From: an uncultured delta proteobacterium
GTDB lineage: Bacteria > Desulfobacterota > Zymogenia > Zymogenales > Zymogenaceae
Assembly (NCBI GenBank): GCA_963792965.1
Contig: CAWBYW010000023.1
Location: forward strand, 1-14,544
DNA: 14,544 bases
Reading direction: 5' to 3'
Part shown: piece by piece, positions 1 through 7,620 of the stretch
Position numbering within the stretch: the first letter of the stretch is position 1
Layout of the letters: each line of letters opens with the position of its first letter
Notes under the pieces: generated by a model
Told to the model about the DNA's origin: nothing
The model's input: only the letters and a program-made list of their open reading frames with translations
Database searches by the model: none
Position numbers and translations under genes: made by a program

Positions 1-741
1 TCTCGGTCGGCAAAAGCCCTCGCCCGAGATCGTGTCGGCCGACGAGGCCCTCTTGGAGATGCGACTGATCAAGAGCGAAGAGGAGATCGCCCTCATAGAG
101 AAGGCCACACAGATCACGGAAAAGGCGATCACGGCATGCATCAATGCCGCTCGAGAGGGGATGACCGATAACGATTTCTTGAAGCTGGCGCGAAAGACCA
201 TGATCGAGGAAGGCGCCGAGGTATGGGACCATCTGACGCTGAGCATCGGCGACTCGGACCCGGAGGCCCCCGGCATGGGACAGTTTTGAAGAAGGGCGAC
301 ATCGCGCGTTTCGACTTCGGCGCGGTATATAAGGGGTACGTGGCCGACGTGAACCGTCATGTCGTTTTGGGTCCCGTTCCGAAAGAGGCGGCCGCGATCA
401 TCGACCGGCTTATCCTGCTGCAGGAATATTACGAGAAGCTCGTCAAGCCCGGGGTAAACATAAAAGAGCTCAACGCGGAGGCCACCGCTTTCTACAAGAC
501 GAAGAAGCCGGACGGAATGACCTTCGCCACGGGGCACAGCATCGGGCTGGAATGCGAAGAGCAGCATCTTTTCGGCCCCCTGGCGGTGATGGACCGCCCC
601 TTTGAGCAAAACATGGTTTTCGAGATCGAGGCGTGGGAGTCTTTCGGCAATACGCTCATCGGCGTGGAGGACTGCTACGTCGTCACGGCGACGGGGTGTC
701 GAAAGATCACGACCCTCGATAAACGTATAACGAGCCTCTGA
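1..741 (+). CDS. M24 family (Xaa-Pro peptidase/creatinase fold) metallohydrolase, 5'-truncated by the window edge, with a frameshift near 277-280
   Basis: The frame of ORF 32..289 is open from the window start and carries 'MRLIKSEEEIALIEKA...EGMT'. The frame of ORF 223..741 continues with 'LKKGD..RFDFG.VYKGYVADVNR', 'GHSIGLE', 'FEIE' and 'VED' (D,D,H,E,E metal ligands). Adding one G to the GGG at 277-279 joins them (PGMGTVLKKGD). Confidence 0.88.
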
Positions 742-777
742 TGCCACGGTGCTAAAACACGTACAGGGAGATAGATC

Positions 778-1572
778 ATGGACCCTCTCATCATCGTCGC
801 CACGCCCAACACATGCTGGCTGCACCCCCAAATCGATTATCCAACCACGCCGGACACGATCGCCTTGGAGGCCAGGCGCTGCATGGAGCACGGCGCCGCG
901 GTGCTCCACATCCACGCCGAGGGCCAGTGGATCGAGGTGATCCACGCGGTTCGCGCATCGTGCGAGATCATCGTCCAGAGCGGGATGTCCAGCCTCGAGA
1001 TCGAAGAGCGCATGGACGTCTTCAAGGAAAAATCGGACATGATCTCCATCATCCTGAACCACCACGACGAGGCCTTCGCCAAGCTTGACTGTCTCAAGCT
1101 CCACTCGCGGCAGGAGTTCGAACAATATGCGAAGCTCTGTGCGAAAAACGGCGTCGCGCCCGAGTTCGAGGTCTGGCACGCGGGCTCCGTATGGAACCTG
1201 AACTATCTCATCGACAAGAAGCTGCTTCGGCCGCCCTATATCACCACGCTCTTTTTCGGCTGGCCGGGGGGCACCTGGTCGCCTCCCACCGTGGAGGAAT
1301 ATCTCTATCGGAGGAGACTCCTCCCTGAGGGGTGCGCGGCGGTGGTGAGCATCATGCATGAGGACCAGATGAAGATACTGGCGGCCGCCGTCCTTTCGGG
1401 AGACCACGTGCGCGTGGGCACCGAGGATTACCCGTACACCCGATCGGGAAAGGTGGCCCAGACGCACGAGCTGGTTGAGGAAATCGCGTCGATCTCGCGG
1501 TCGCTCGGTAGGCCCGTCGCGACCGTGCGCCAGGCGCGCGAAATCTTGGGACTTACCGGGAGTAGAACATGA
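778..1572 (+). CDS. Beta-keto acid cleavage enzyme (BKACE / DUF849, 3-keto-5-aminohexanoate cleavage enzyme family)
   Basis: 'P.TPDTIA.EA..C...GAAVLHIH' (HxH Zn motif), 'PEFEVW', 'G.HVRVGTED' and the C-terminal 'GRPVAT..QAREILGL'. RBS GGGGAG upstream. Confidence 0.88.
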   Translation: MDPLIIVATPNTCWLHPQIDYPTTPDTIALEARRCMEHGAAVLHIHAEGQWIEVIHAVRASCEIIVQSGMSSLEIEERMDVFKEKSDMISIILNHHDEAFAKLDCLKLHSRQEFEQYAKLCAKNGVAPEFEVWHAGSVWNLNYLIDKKLLRPPYITTLFFGWPGGTWSPPTVEEYLYRRRLLPEGCAAVVSIMHEDQMKILAAAVLSGDHVRVGTEDYPYTRSGKVAQTHELVEEIASISRSLGRPVATVRQAREILGLTGSRT

Positions 1573-2342
1573 ACGCTCAGGCAAAGGTCGCGCTCATCAC
1601 CGGGGCGGCAGGCGGCATAGGGGAGGCAACCGCGCGCCTGTTCGCGCATCGGGGCTATGCCGTCTCCATGGTCGACAGCGCGCTGAGGGGTCGGCAGGTC
1701 AGAGACGAGATAGAGTCGGCGGGCGGCGTCTCTTCCTTCACCGAATGCGACGTCTCCGTCGAGGCTAAGGTTGTGTCGGCCGTCGAAGGGACAATGAGGA
1801 CGTACGGCCGTATCGACGTGCTGGTCAACGACGCGGGAATTGTGTTGGTCCGCCCCCTCGATAAGATCGCCTGGGACGAGTACCGAAGGATCGTGGACGT
1901 GAACCTCGGCGGTATTTTCCTCTTCTGCAAACACGTCATCCCCGTCATGAAGGGCCAGAAGGGCGGGGCCATCGTGAACATGGGCTCGGTCTCGGGCCAC
2001 GTCGGGCAGATCGACCACTCGCTCTACGGCGCAACGAAGGGCGCCATCATCGCCCTCACGAGGGCCCTTGCGTGGGAGCTGGCCCCACACAACATCCGCG
2101 TCAACTCCGTAAGCCCCGGCTCCGTCGACACGCCGATGCTGCGTGGCGACATCCGGATCGAGTCGGAAAAGACCGGGAAGCCCTACGACGAAGTAAAGAA
2201 GATCAGGGAGGCCGAGCAGGCGTTCAGGCGCTGGGCCGATCCCGCCGAGATCGCTGAGTCGATCTATTTCCTGGCGGGCGACGCGGCATCTTTCATCACG
2301 GGGACCGACCTCTTGGTCGACTGCGGATGGGTGGCCAAATGA
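1569..2342 (+). CDS. Classical short-chain dehydrogenase/reductase (SDR), probably NAD-dependent
   Basis: TGAAGGIG Rossmann motif, Asp at the end of beta-2 (MVD), NDAG, catalytic S and YGATK, 'IRVNSVSPG.VDTPM', 'FITG..L.VD.G'. ATGA overlap with the upstream gene. Confidence 0.95.
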   Translation: MNAQAKVALITGAAGGIGEATARLFAHRGYAVSMVDSALRGRQVRDEIESAGGVSSFTECDVSVEAKVVSAVEGTMRTYGRIDVLVNDAGIVLVRPLDKIAWDEYRRIVDVNLGGIFLFCKHVIPVMKGQKGGAIVNMGSVSGHVGQIDHSLYGATKGAIIALTRALAWELAPHNIRVNSVSPGSVDTPMLRGDIRIESEKTGKPYDEVKKIREAEQAFRRWADPAEIAESIYFLAGDAASFITGTDLLVDCGWVAK

Positions 2343-3079
2343 GCAAGAAGACGGCCGAGGTACCCTTCGAGACGCTGAAGCGGGACGTCCTGTCCGAAAA
2401 GATCGCGCACTCATTGCTGAACCTTATCAAGGAAAAGCAGCTGCGCCCGGGCGACCGGCTTCCGCCCGAGCGGGAGCTGGCGGCGATGATGAAGGTGAGC
2501 CGGCCGTCCCTCCGCGAGGCGCTCAGGGCGCTCCAGATCATGAATATCATCGACAACCGCCAGGGATCCGGAACGTACGTCACCTCGCTTGAGCCCGAGC
2601 GCCTCGTCGAGCACCTCGACATTATCTTCACGCTCAACGACTCAACCTACATCGAGCTCTTCGAGGCACGAAAGATATTGGAGGTGGGGATCGCGGAGCT
2701 TGCCGCGCACACCATCACGGCCGACGAAGTAGCCCGGCTGGAAACCTGTCTCGAGAGGGCCCGGGAAGCGCTGAATGATCCCGAGGACTTCCTCGAAATT
2801 GACCTTGAGCTCCACAGGACCATCCTGGAGGCCAGTGGGAACACCATCCTGAGCCTTTTCATGCGGTCGATAAGTCAGCTCAGCATCCTCAGCCGCCGAC
2901 GCACCGCCGAGCACTCCGATGTACGGCGCCAGACCATCGAGGACCACCGCACCATCGTCCAGGCATTGAAGTCGCGTGACCCGATGGCCGCCCGGCAGGC
3001 GATGCTTGACCACCTCTCACACGTAGAGGTGCGGATGAAACAGATACAGCAAATAAAAGACGGCCAAGGGGAGTCGTAG
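2339..3079 (+). CDS. FadR/GntR family transcriptional regulator (FCD domain)
   Basis: 'L.PGDRLPPERELA....VSRPSLREALRAL...G.GTYV' winged HTH; FCD motifs 'D.ELH..I..ASGN' and 'H..IV.AL..RD...A..AM..HL'. ATG at 2339 overlaps the SDR stop (ATGA), so it is preferred over 2327. Confidence 0.95.
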   Translation: MSKKTAEVPFETLKRDVLSEKIAHSLLNLIKEKQLRPGDRLPPERELAAMMKVSRPSLREALRALQIMNIIDNRQGSGTYVTSLEPERLVEHLDIIFTLNDSTYIELFEARKILEVGIAELAAHTITADEVARLETCLERAREALNDPEDFLEIDLELHRTILEASGNTILSLFMRSISQLSILSRRRTAEHSDVRRQTIEDHRTIVQALKSRDPMAARQAMLDHLSHVEVRMKQIQQIKDGQGES

Positions 3080-3081
3080 AT

Positions 3082-4050
3082 ATGGAAGAGAGATTTCTTG
3101 TCACCGGGGCGACCGGTTGCATCGGGGCCTGGACGGTGAAAAACCTGGTCCGGGAGGGGGTCTTCACCTGCGTGCTCGTGCGGGGAGGATCCCTCCATCG
3201 CCTCCGGCTCATCATGGATGACGACGAGATTGCCCGCGTTCGGTTCGTCACGGGCGACATCACCGATCTCTCGGTGCTACGGAGCGCCCTTGTCGAGCAC
3301 GGCATCACGCGTATTATCCATCTTGCCGCGATGCAGCTACCATTCTGCAAGGCCGATCCGCCGCTCGGCGCCGCGGTGAACGTGGGCGGCACGGTGAATA
3401 TATTCGAGGCGGCAAAAGGGTGCGGGATCCGGCATCTGGTATACGCAAGCAGCACCGCCGTATACGGTCCGCGGCAGGAGTATCCCCCCGGCCCGCTGGC
3501 GCATGACGCCCCGCTTGCGCCCCGCTCGCACTACGGCGTCTACAAGCAGGCCAACGAGGGGACGGCGCGCGTCTACTGGATGGAGGACGGCATCTCGAGC
3601 GTCGGTATCCGGCCCTACGTCGTCTACGGCCCCGGAAGGGACCAGGGGCTCACCTCCACGCCCACGAAGGCGATGCTTGCGGCGGCGGCCGGGCTACCAT
3701 ATCACATCACCTTCGGGGGACGCTTCGGCTTTCAGTACGCCGACGATGCGGCCGGGGCCTTCATCAATGCGTCTCGGGTGAGCCTTAAAGGAGCCGAGGT
3801 CTTCAACCTCGGCGGCGCCACCGTCTCCGTAGAGGACATCGTAGCTGAGATCGAGAACGCCGAGCCGTCCCGCCGGGGAACGATCACGTACGACGAGAAC
3901 CCCCTCCCCTTTCCCGAAGAGATCAATAACGCCCCGCTCGTCGCCCTGCTCGGAGGTCTTAGGGCAACGCCGCTTTCCGACGGCGTGAGGGAGACGATCC
4001 GTATCTTTAAGAAGGCCTTGCTGGACGGGCGTATCACCCCGGAGCGATAA
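3082..4050 (+). CDS. NAD-dependent epimerase/dehydratase (extended SDR)
   Basis: TGATGCIG, GDITD, HLAA, 'NV.GT.NIFEAA', 'YASSTAVYG', YGVYK, 'RP.VVYGPG', 'FNLGG'. RBS GGGGAG upstream. Confidence 0.93.
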   Translation: MEERFLVTGATGCIGAWTVKNLVREGVFTCVLVRGGSLHRLRLIMDDDEIARVRFVTGDITDLSVLRSALVEHGITRIIHLAAMQLPFCKADPPLGAAVNVGGTVNIFEAAKGCGIRHLVYASSTAVYGPRQEYPPGPLAHDAPLAPRSHYGVYKQANEGTARVYWMEDGISSVGIRPYVVYGPGRDQGLTSTPTKAMLAAAAGLPYHITFGGRFGFQYADDAAGAFINASRVSLKGAEVFNLGGATVSVEDIVAEIENAEPSRRGTITYDENPLPFPEEINNAPLVALLGGLRATPLSDGVRETIRIFKKALLDGRITPER

Positions 4051-4118
4051 GGTATGGACGAGGGGCACGTGGGCGACACGCGGACACTGCTCGTCCGAAG
4101 GACACTGGGAGGCACATA

Positions 4119-4817
4119 ATGGCGCGCTTTTTCAGACACGAGACCTTATCCGCGATGAGGCGGGTGGGGATGGTGGCGGTCTTCTATCATCCTGATGTTG
4201 AGACGGGGAAACGGATTGTCACCGCCTGCGCACAGGGGGGGGCCACGGTCGTCGAGTTCACCAACCGGGGCGACGGGGCCGTCTCCGTCTTCTCGGAGCT
4301 CGAGGCATATTGCAAGAGCGAGCTGCCGGGACTGATCCTCGGGGTGGGGTCGATCGTCGATGCCCCGACGGCAGCGCTCTATATCGGCGCGGGGGCAAAT
4401 TTCGTCGTCGGGCCCGTGATAGATGAGGAAACGGCGTACCTCTGCAATGCCCGGAAGATCCCGTACTCCCCCGGGTGCGGGAGCGCGACTGAGATTCATA
4501 CGGCCCACAAACTCGGCGTCGAGATCTGCAAGATATTTCCGGGCGGGCAAGTCGGCGGCCCCGCGTTCGTGAAGGCCGTGCGGGGCCCCATGCCGTTTGC
4601 CGAGATCATGCCCACGGGCGGCGTGGAGCCGACGGAGGCGTCGCTCTCGGCCTGGTTTGGCGCGGGCGTGGCCTGCGTGGGGATGGGCTCTGCGCTCATC
4701 ACCGCGGACCTCGTGAAGAAAGGCGATTTTGACGGGCTGACCAAGAAAATTGTGGAGACCGTCGGGATGATAGAGAAGATCAGAGAGAACAAGGATACCA
4801 ACAAGGCCATGAAGTAG
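4119..4817 (+). CDS. eda: Bifunctional KDPG / 4-hydroxy-2-oxoglutarate aldolase family protein
   Basis: 'EFTNRG', 'LGVGSI', 'GANFVVGP', 'PGCGSATEI', Schiff-base 'KIFPG', 'MPTGGV', 'VGMGSAL'. RBS GGAGG upstream. Confidence 0.9.
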   Translation: MARFFRHETLSAMRRVGMVAVFYHPDVETGKRIVTACAQGGATVVEFTNRGDGAVSVFSELEAYCKSELPGLILGVGSIVDAPTAALYIGAGANFVVGPVIDEETAYLCNARKIPYSPGCGSATEIHTAHKLGVEICKIFPGGQVGGPAFVKAVRGPMPFAEIMPTGGVEPTEASLSAWFGAGVACVGMGSALITADLVKKGDFDGLTKKIVETVGMIEKIRENKDTNKAMK

Positions 4818-4839
4818 TCCTGTTTCGAGGAGACATGTT

Positions 4840-6207
4840 ATGAAAAAAACGGAAACTTCTGCGGGTGGGGGGCTTTCGACGGGGACGAGGATCGGTTTCG
4901 GTGTCGGTGATTTCGGCGCCAACCTGATATTTCAATCTACCTTCATTTTCCTGATCTTCTTTTTTACCGACGTTTTCGGGATCGCCGCCCCCATAGCCGG
5001 GACGATCTTCCTGATCGCCAAGGCGTGGGACGGCGTCAGCGACCCTATCGTGGGGTATCTCTCCGACCGCACCCGCACCCGGTGGGGGAAGAAACGGCCG
5101 TACCTGCTGTTCGGGGCCATCCCCCTGGGCGTCTTTTTCTTCCTCCTGTTCGCGTCGCCGCCCATACCCCAGGAATTCAAGGTCGCCTATGGACTGGTCT
5201 TTTTCCTCTTGGTATGCAGCTTTTACGCCATCGTGAACGTCCCCTACGGGGCGCTGGCCGCCAGCATGACCCTCGATTCTCACGAGCGGTCCAAGCTCTC
5301 GGGCGTTCGGACGTTCTTCGCGTTGATGGGGGCGCTGGTTGTCGCAGGCTCTATGAAGCCGCTGGTCGCCCTGTTCCCGAACCAGGTCATCGGTTTCAGG
5401 ATGACCGCCGCCATCTTTGGGGTAATCGCCGTGGCGGTCACGTACGTGACCTTCTTCTCGGTGAGGGAGACGGTACAGGAGACGGACGGCGAGCATTACA
5501 ACATCAGGGATATCCTGACGACCATCTTCGGCAACGGGCCGTTCTTGATCTTGTCGCTGGGGACGATCATGCACCTGACCGCCCTGGGGATGCTGGCCGC
5601 TATGGTCAATTACTATTTCAAATACACCATGGCCCACGATTCCTTTGCAACGGTGGCGTTTTTATGCATCTTTGTGCCCGCCGCCCTTGCCCTGCCACTC
5701 TGGGTGATGGTCTCCAAGAAGCTGAGCAAGAAGGCGACCTTCAATATGGGCATGGGGCTTTTAGCCGTGGCGCTGTGTATCATCTATTTTATCAGGGATT
5801 TCAACGTGCCGCTGTTGGTCGCGGCGTTCTGCCTGGGGGGCATAGGCATCTCGACCAGTTTTTTGAGCCCCTGGGCGATGATCCCGGACACCGTCGAATA
5901 CGGCGAGCTTTCTACCGGCCTGCGGAGGGAGGGTGTCCTCTACGGCATCTTCTTCTTCGGGCAAAAGCTGGCCTCCGCCCTGGCGGGCTTCATAGCCGGG
6001 CACGGACTGGGGCTCATCGGCTTTGAGGCGAACAAGGTTCAGAGCCCCGGGACACTGGACGGCATTCGGGCATTGATGATCTTTGTGCCTATTGTCCTTA
6101 TCGTGGCGGGGATTATCGTTATCAGTTTCTACCCGATCAGCGAGAGCATGCACCACGAAATCCTGGGCAAGATACAGAACAAGAGGGAGAACACGAAAAC
6201 ATCATAG
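4840..6207 (+). CDS. MFS transporter, glycoside-pentoside-hexuronide (GPH):cation symporter family
   Basis: 'G.GDFG.N', 'FFTDVFGI', 'WD.VSDP.VG.LSDRTRTRWGKKRPY', 'NVPY.AL', 'ER.KLS..R', 'AMIPDTVEY...TG.RREG', about 12 hydrophobic segments. RBS GAGGAG. Confidence 0.93.
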   Translation: MKKTETSAGGGLSTGTRIGFGVGDFGANLIFQSTFIFLIFFFTDVFGIAAPIAGTIFLIAKAWDGVSDPIVGYLSDRTRTRWGKKRPYLLFGAIPLGVFFFLLFASPPIPQEFKVAYGLVFFLLVCSFYAIVNVPYGALAASMTLDSHERSKLSGVRTFFALMGALVVAGSMKPLVALFPNQVIGFRMTAAIFGVIAVAVTYVTFFSVRETVQETDGEHYNIRDILTTIFGNGPFLILSLGTIMHLTALGMLAAMVNYYFKYTMAHDSFATVAFLCIFVPAALALPLWVMVSKKLSKKATFNMGMGLLAVALCIIYFIRDFNVPLLVAAFCLGGIGISTSFLSPWAMIPDTVEYGELSTGLRREGVLYGIFFFGQKLASALAGFIAGHGLGLIGFEANKVQSPGTLDGIRALMIFVPIVLIVAGIIVISFYPISESMHHEILGKIQNKRENTKTS

Positions 6208-6259
6208 GCATTCGAAGGGGCATGCATCCGTAGGGAGCGCCTAACATAAGAGAAAATAG

Positions 6260-6297
6260 GAAAGGAGTTGGGATATATCCCAACTCCTTTCTTTCTT
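6260..6297 (+). terminator. Intrinsic terminator-like hairpin (perfect 32-bp palindrome) closing the catabolic operon
   Basis: GAAAGGAGTTGGGATA|TATCCCAACTCCTTTC at 6260-6291, followed by TTTCTT and preceded by an A-rich run; about 50 nt after the transporter stop. Confidence 0.75.
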
Positions 6298-6342
6298 CCG
6301 CATGTACCTTACGGCTCGTATACCCAGTCCGTCACCTTGGAC

Positions 6343-6371
6343 TTGACTCTTTGTCCCTCTGCTGTTACCAT
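6343..6371 (+). promoter_or_regulatory. Putative sigma70 promoter for the nitroreductase/transporter unit
   Basis: TTGACT (6343-6348), 17 nt, TACCAT (6366-6371) with extended TG at 6363-6364; about 50 nt upstream of ATG 6421. Confidence 0.65.
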
Positions 6372-6420
6372 ATGAAAATATTAGTTGATATCTGGTGCAG
6401 ACATAAAGAGGAGGTTTCCG

Positions 6421-7551
6421 ATGAGAAAAGGAAGGACCGGGAATCTGGACAGGAGAGAGTTTCTTGGGCTACTGGCACTTGTCGGGGCCACGACGGCGCT
6501 CTCACCCGGCCTGGTTTCCTGCTCTTCGGCCGACTATGTAGATGAGGCAAACGCGATCAGGGCCCTACCGTTTACGAAAGAGCCGACAATGTCGGCGCAG
6601 TCGAAACAGCTGATCCGTTACGCGGTCCTCGCGCCCAGCGGCCACAATACCCAGCCGTGGAAATTTTCCATCAAAGAAGACGTCATCCGCATTTTCCCCG
6701 ACTATTCACGGCGACTCCCCGCCGTCGACCCCGACGATCGCGAGCTCTTCATCAGCCTCGGCTGCGCGCTGGAAAACCTCGTCGTCTCCGCGCGATACGC
6801 GGGGTTTGACCCCGAGATAGACTATTTTCCCACAAGCGACGAGGAGTCTATTGTCGTCCGTATGAAACCCTCCTCCGTCAAGCCCGACGAGACCCTCTTT
6901 AAGGCGATTCCCGTCCGGCAGTGCACCAGAAACGAATACAACGGCCAGCCCCTTCCCTCTGAAGATATGAAGAAGATCGAAGGCCTTCAAAAAGAGGCAG
7001 GAGTCGGCACGATGATCTTTACCGATCCTAAAGAGATCGAAAAGCTTATCGAGATCGTGAAGGAAGGCGACAATATCCAGATGAACGACAAGGCCTTCGT
7101 CAAAGAGCTCAAGTCGTGGATCCGATTCAGCGACAGAGAGGCGTTGAAGACGCGCGACGGCCTCTCGTCCCGCGCGGGCGGAAATCCCATCGCCCCGCAA
7201 TGGCTCGGAAATATCCTGATGGATTTCTTTGCCGGCGGCAAAAGTCAGGGGGACAAGGACCGGAAGATGGCCATGAGCTCCTCGGGGATGATCCTGTTCG
7301 TATCGGAGAAAAGCGACAAGAGGGCGTGGGTCGCCGTCGGCCGTACCTGGGAGCGGTATGCGCTCACCTCAACGGCTCTCGCGGTTAAGTCGGCATTCCT
7401 CAACCAGCCGGCGGAGATCGGCAGCCTCGCCGGCCGGCTCCAGGGCTACCTGAGCCTCGGCTCGTCGCGGCCCCAGCTCTTGGCCCGGTTCGGCTATTCC
7501 GACTTTATGCCCTATTCCCTCCGTCGGCCGGTGGAGGCGGTGTTGGTGTAG
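6421..7551 (+). CDS. Acg-type FMN-binding nitroreductase-fold protein with twin-arginine signal and lipobox
   Basis: 'A.LAPSGHNTQPWKF', 'D..R.LP.VDP.DREL.ISLGCALENL', 'I..RQCTR..Y', 'GR..ER.AL', 'RFGY....P.S.RRPV'. N-terminus 'DRREFL' + h-region + 'LVSC'. RBS GAGGAGG just before ATG 6421 supports this start over 6385. Confidence 0.88.
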   Translation: MRKGRTGNLDRREFLGLLALVGATTALSPGLVSCSSADYVDEANAIRALPFTKEPTMSAQSKQLIRYAVLAPSGHNTQPWKFSIKEDVIRIFPDYSRRLPAVDPDDRELFISLGCALENLVVSARYAGFDPEIDYFPTSDEESIVVRMKPSSVKPDETLFKAIPVRQCTRNEYNGQPLPSEDMKKIEGLQKEAGVGTMIFTDPKEIEKLIEIVKEGDNIQMNDKAFVKELKSWIRFSDREALKTRDGLSSRAGGNPIAPQWLGNILMDFFAGGKSQGDKDRKMAMSSSGMILFVSEKSDKRAWVAVGRTWERYALTSTALAVKSAFLNQPAEIGSLAGRLQGYLSLGSSRPQLLARFGYSDFMPYSLRRPVEAVLV

Positions 7552-7620
7552 GCCGACGCGAGCCGGTCCCGGGACTTTTTCGAGGCTACTACGGGGAACC
7601 ACCGGAGGAAATGAGCCGCC

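Noticed and set aside
280-292. Programmed frameshifting at TTT-TGA (M24 gene) or at CTT-G near 12911
   Set aside because: The M24 join needs a -1 shift but there is no X XXY YYZ heptamer. The 12911 site lacks the prfB-type stop codon.
5025-6026. 333-aa alternative-frame ORF within the GPH transporter
   Set aside because: Arg/Gly/Pro-rich off-frame translation with no motifs.
7552-7620. Mn-sensing yybP-ykoY riboswitch or MntH assignment for the transporters
   Set aside because: No riboswitch consensus upstream of either paralog, and the proteins lack DPGN/MPH, so mntH was not assigned.
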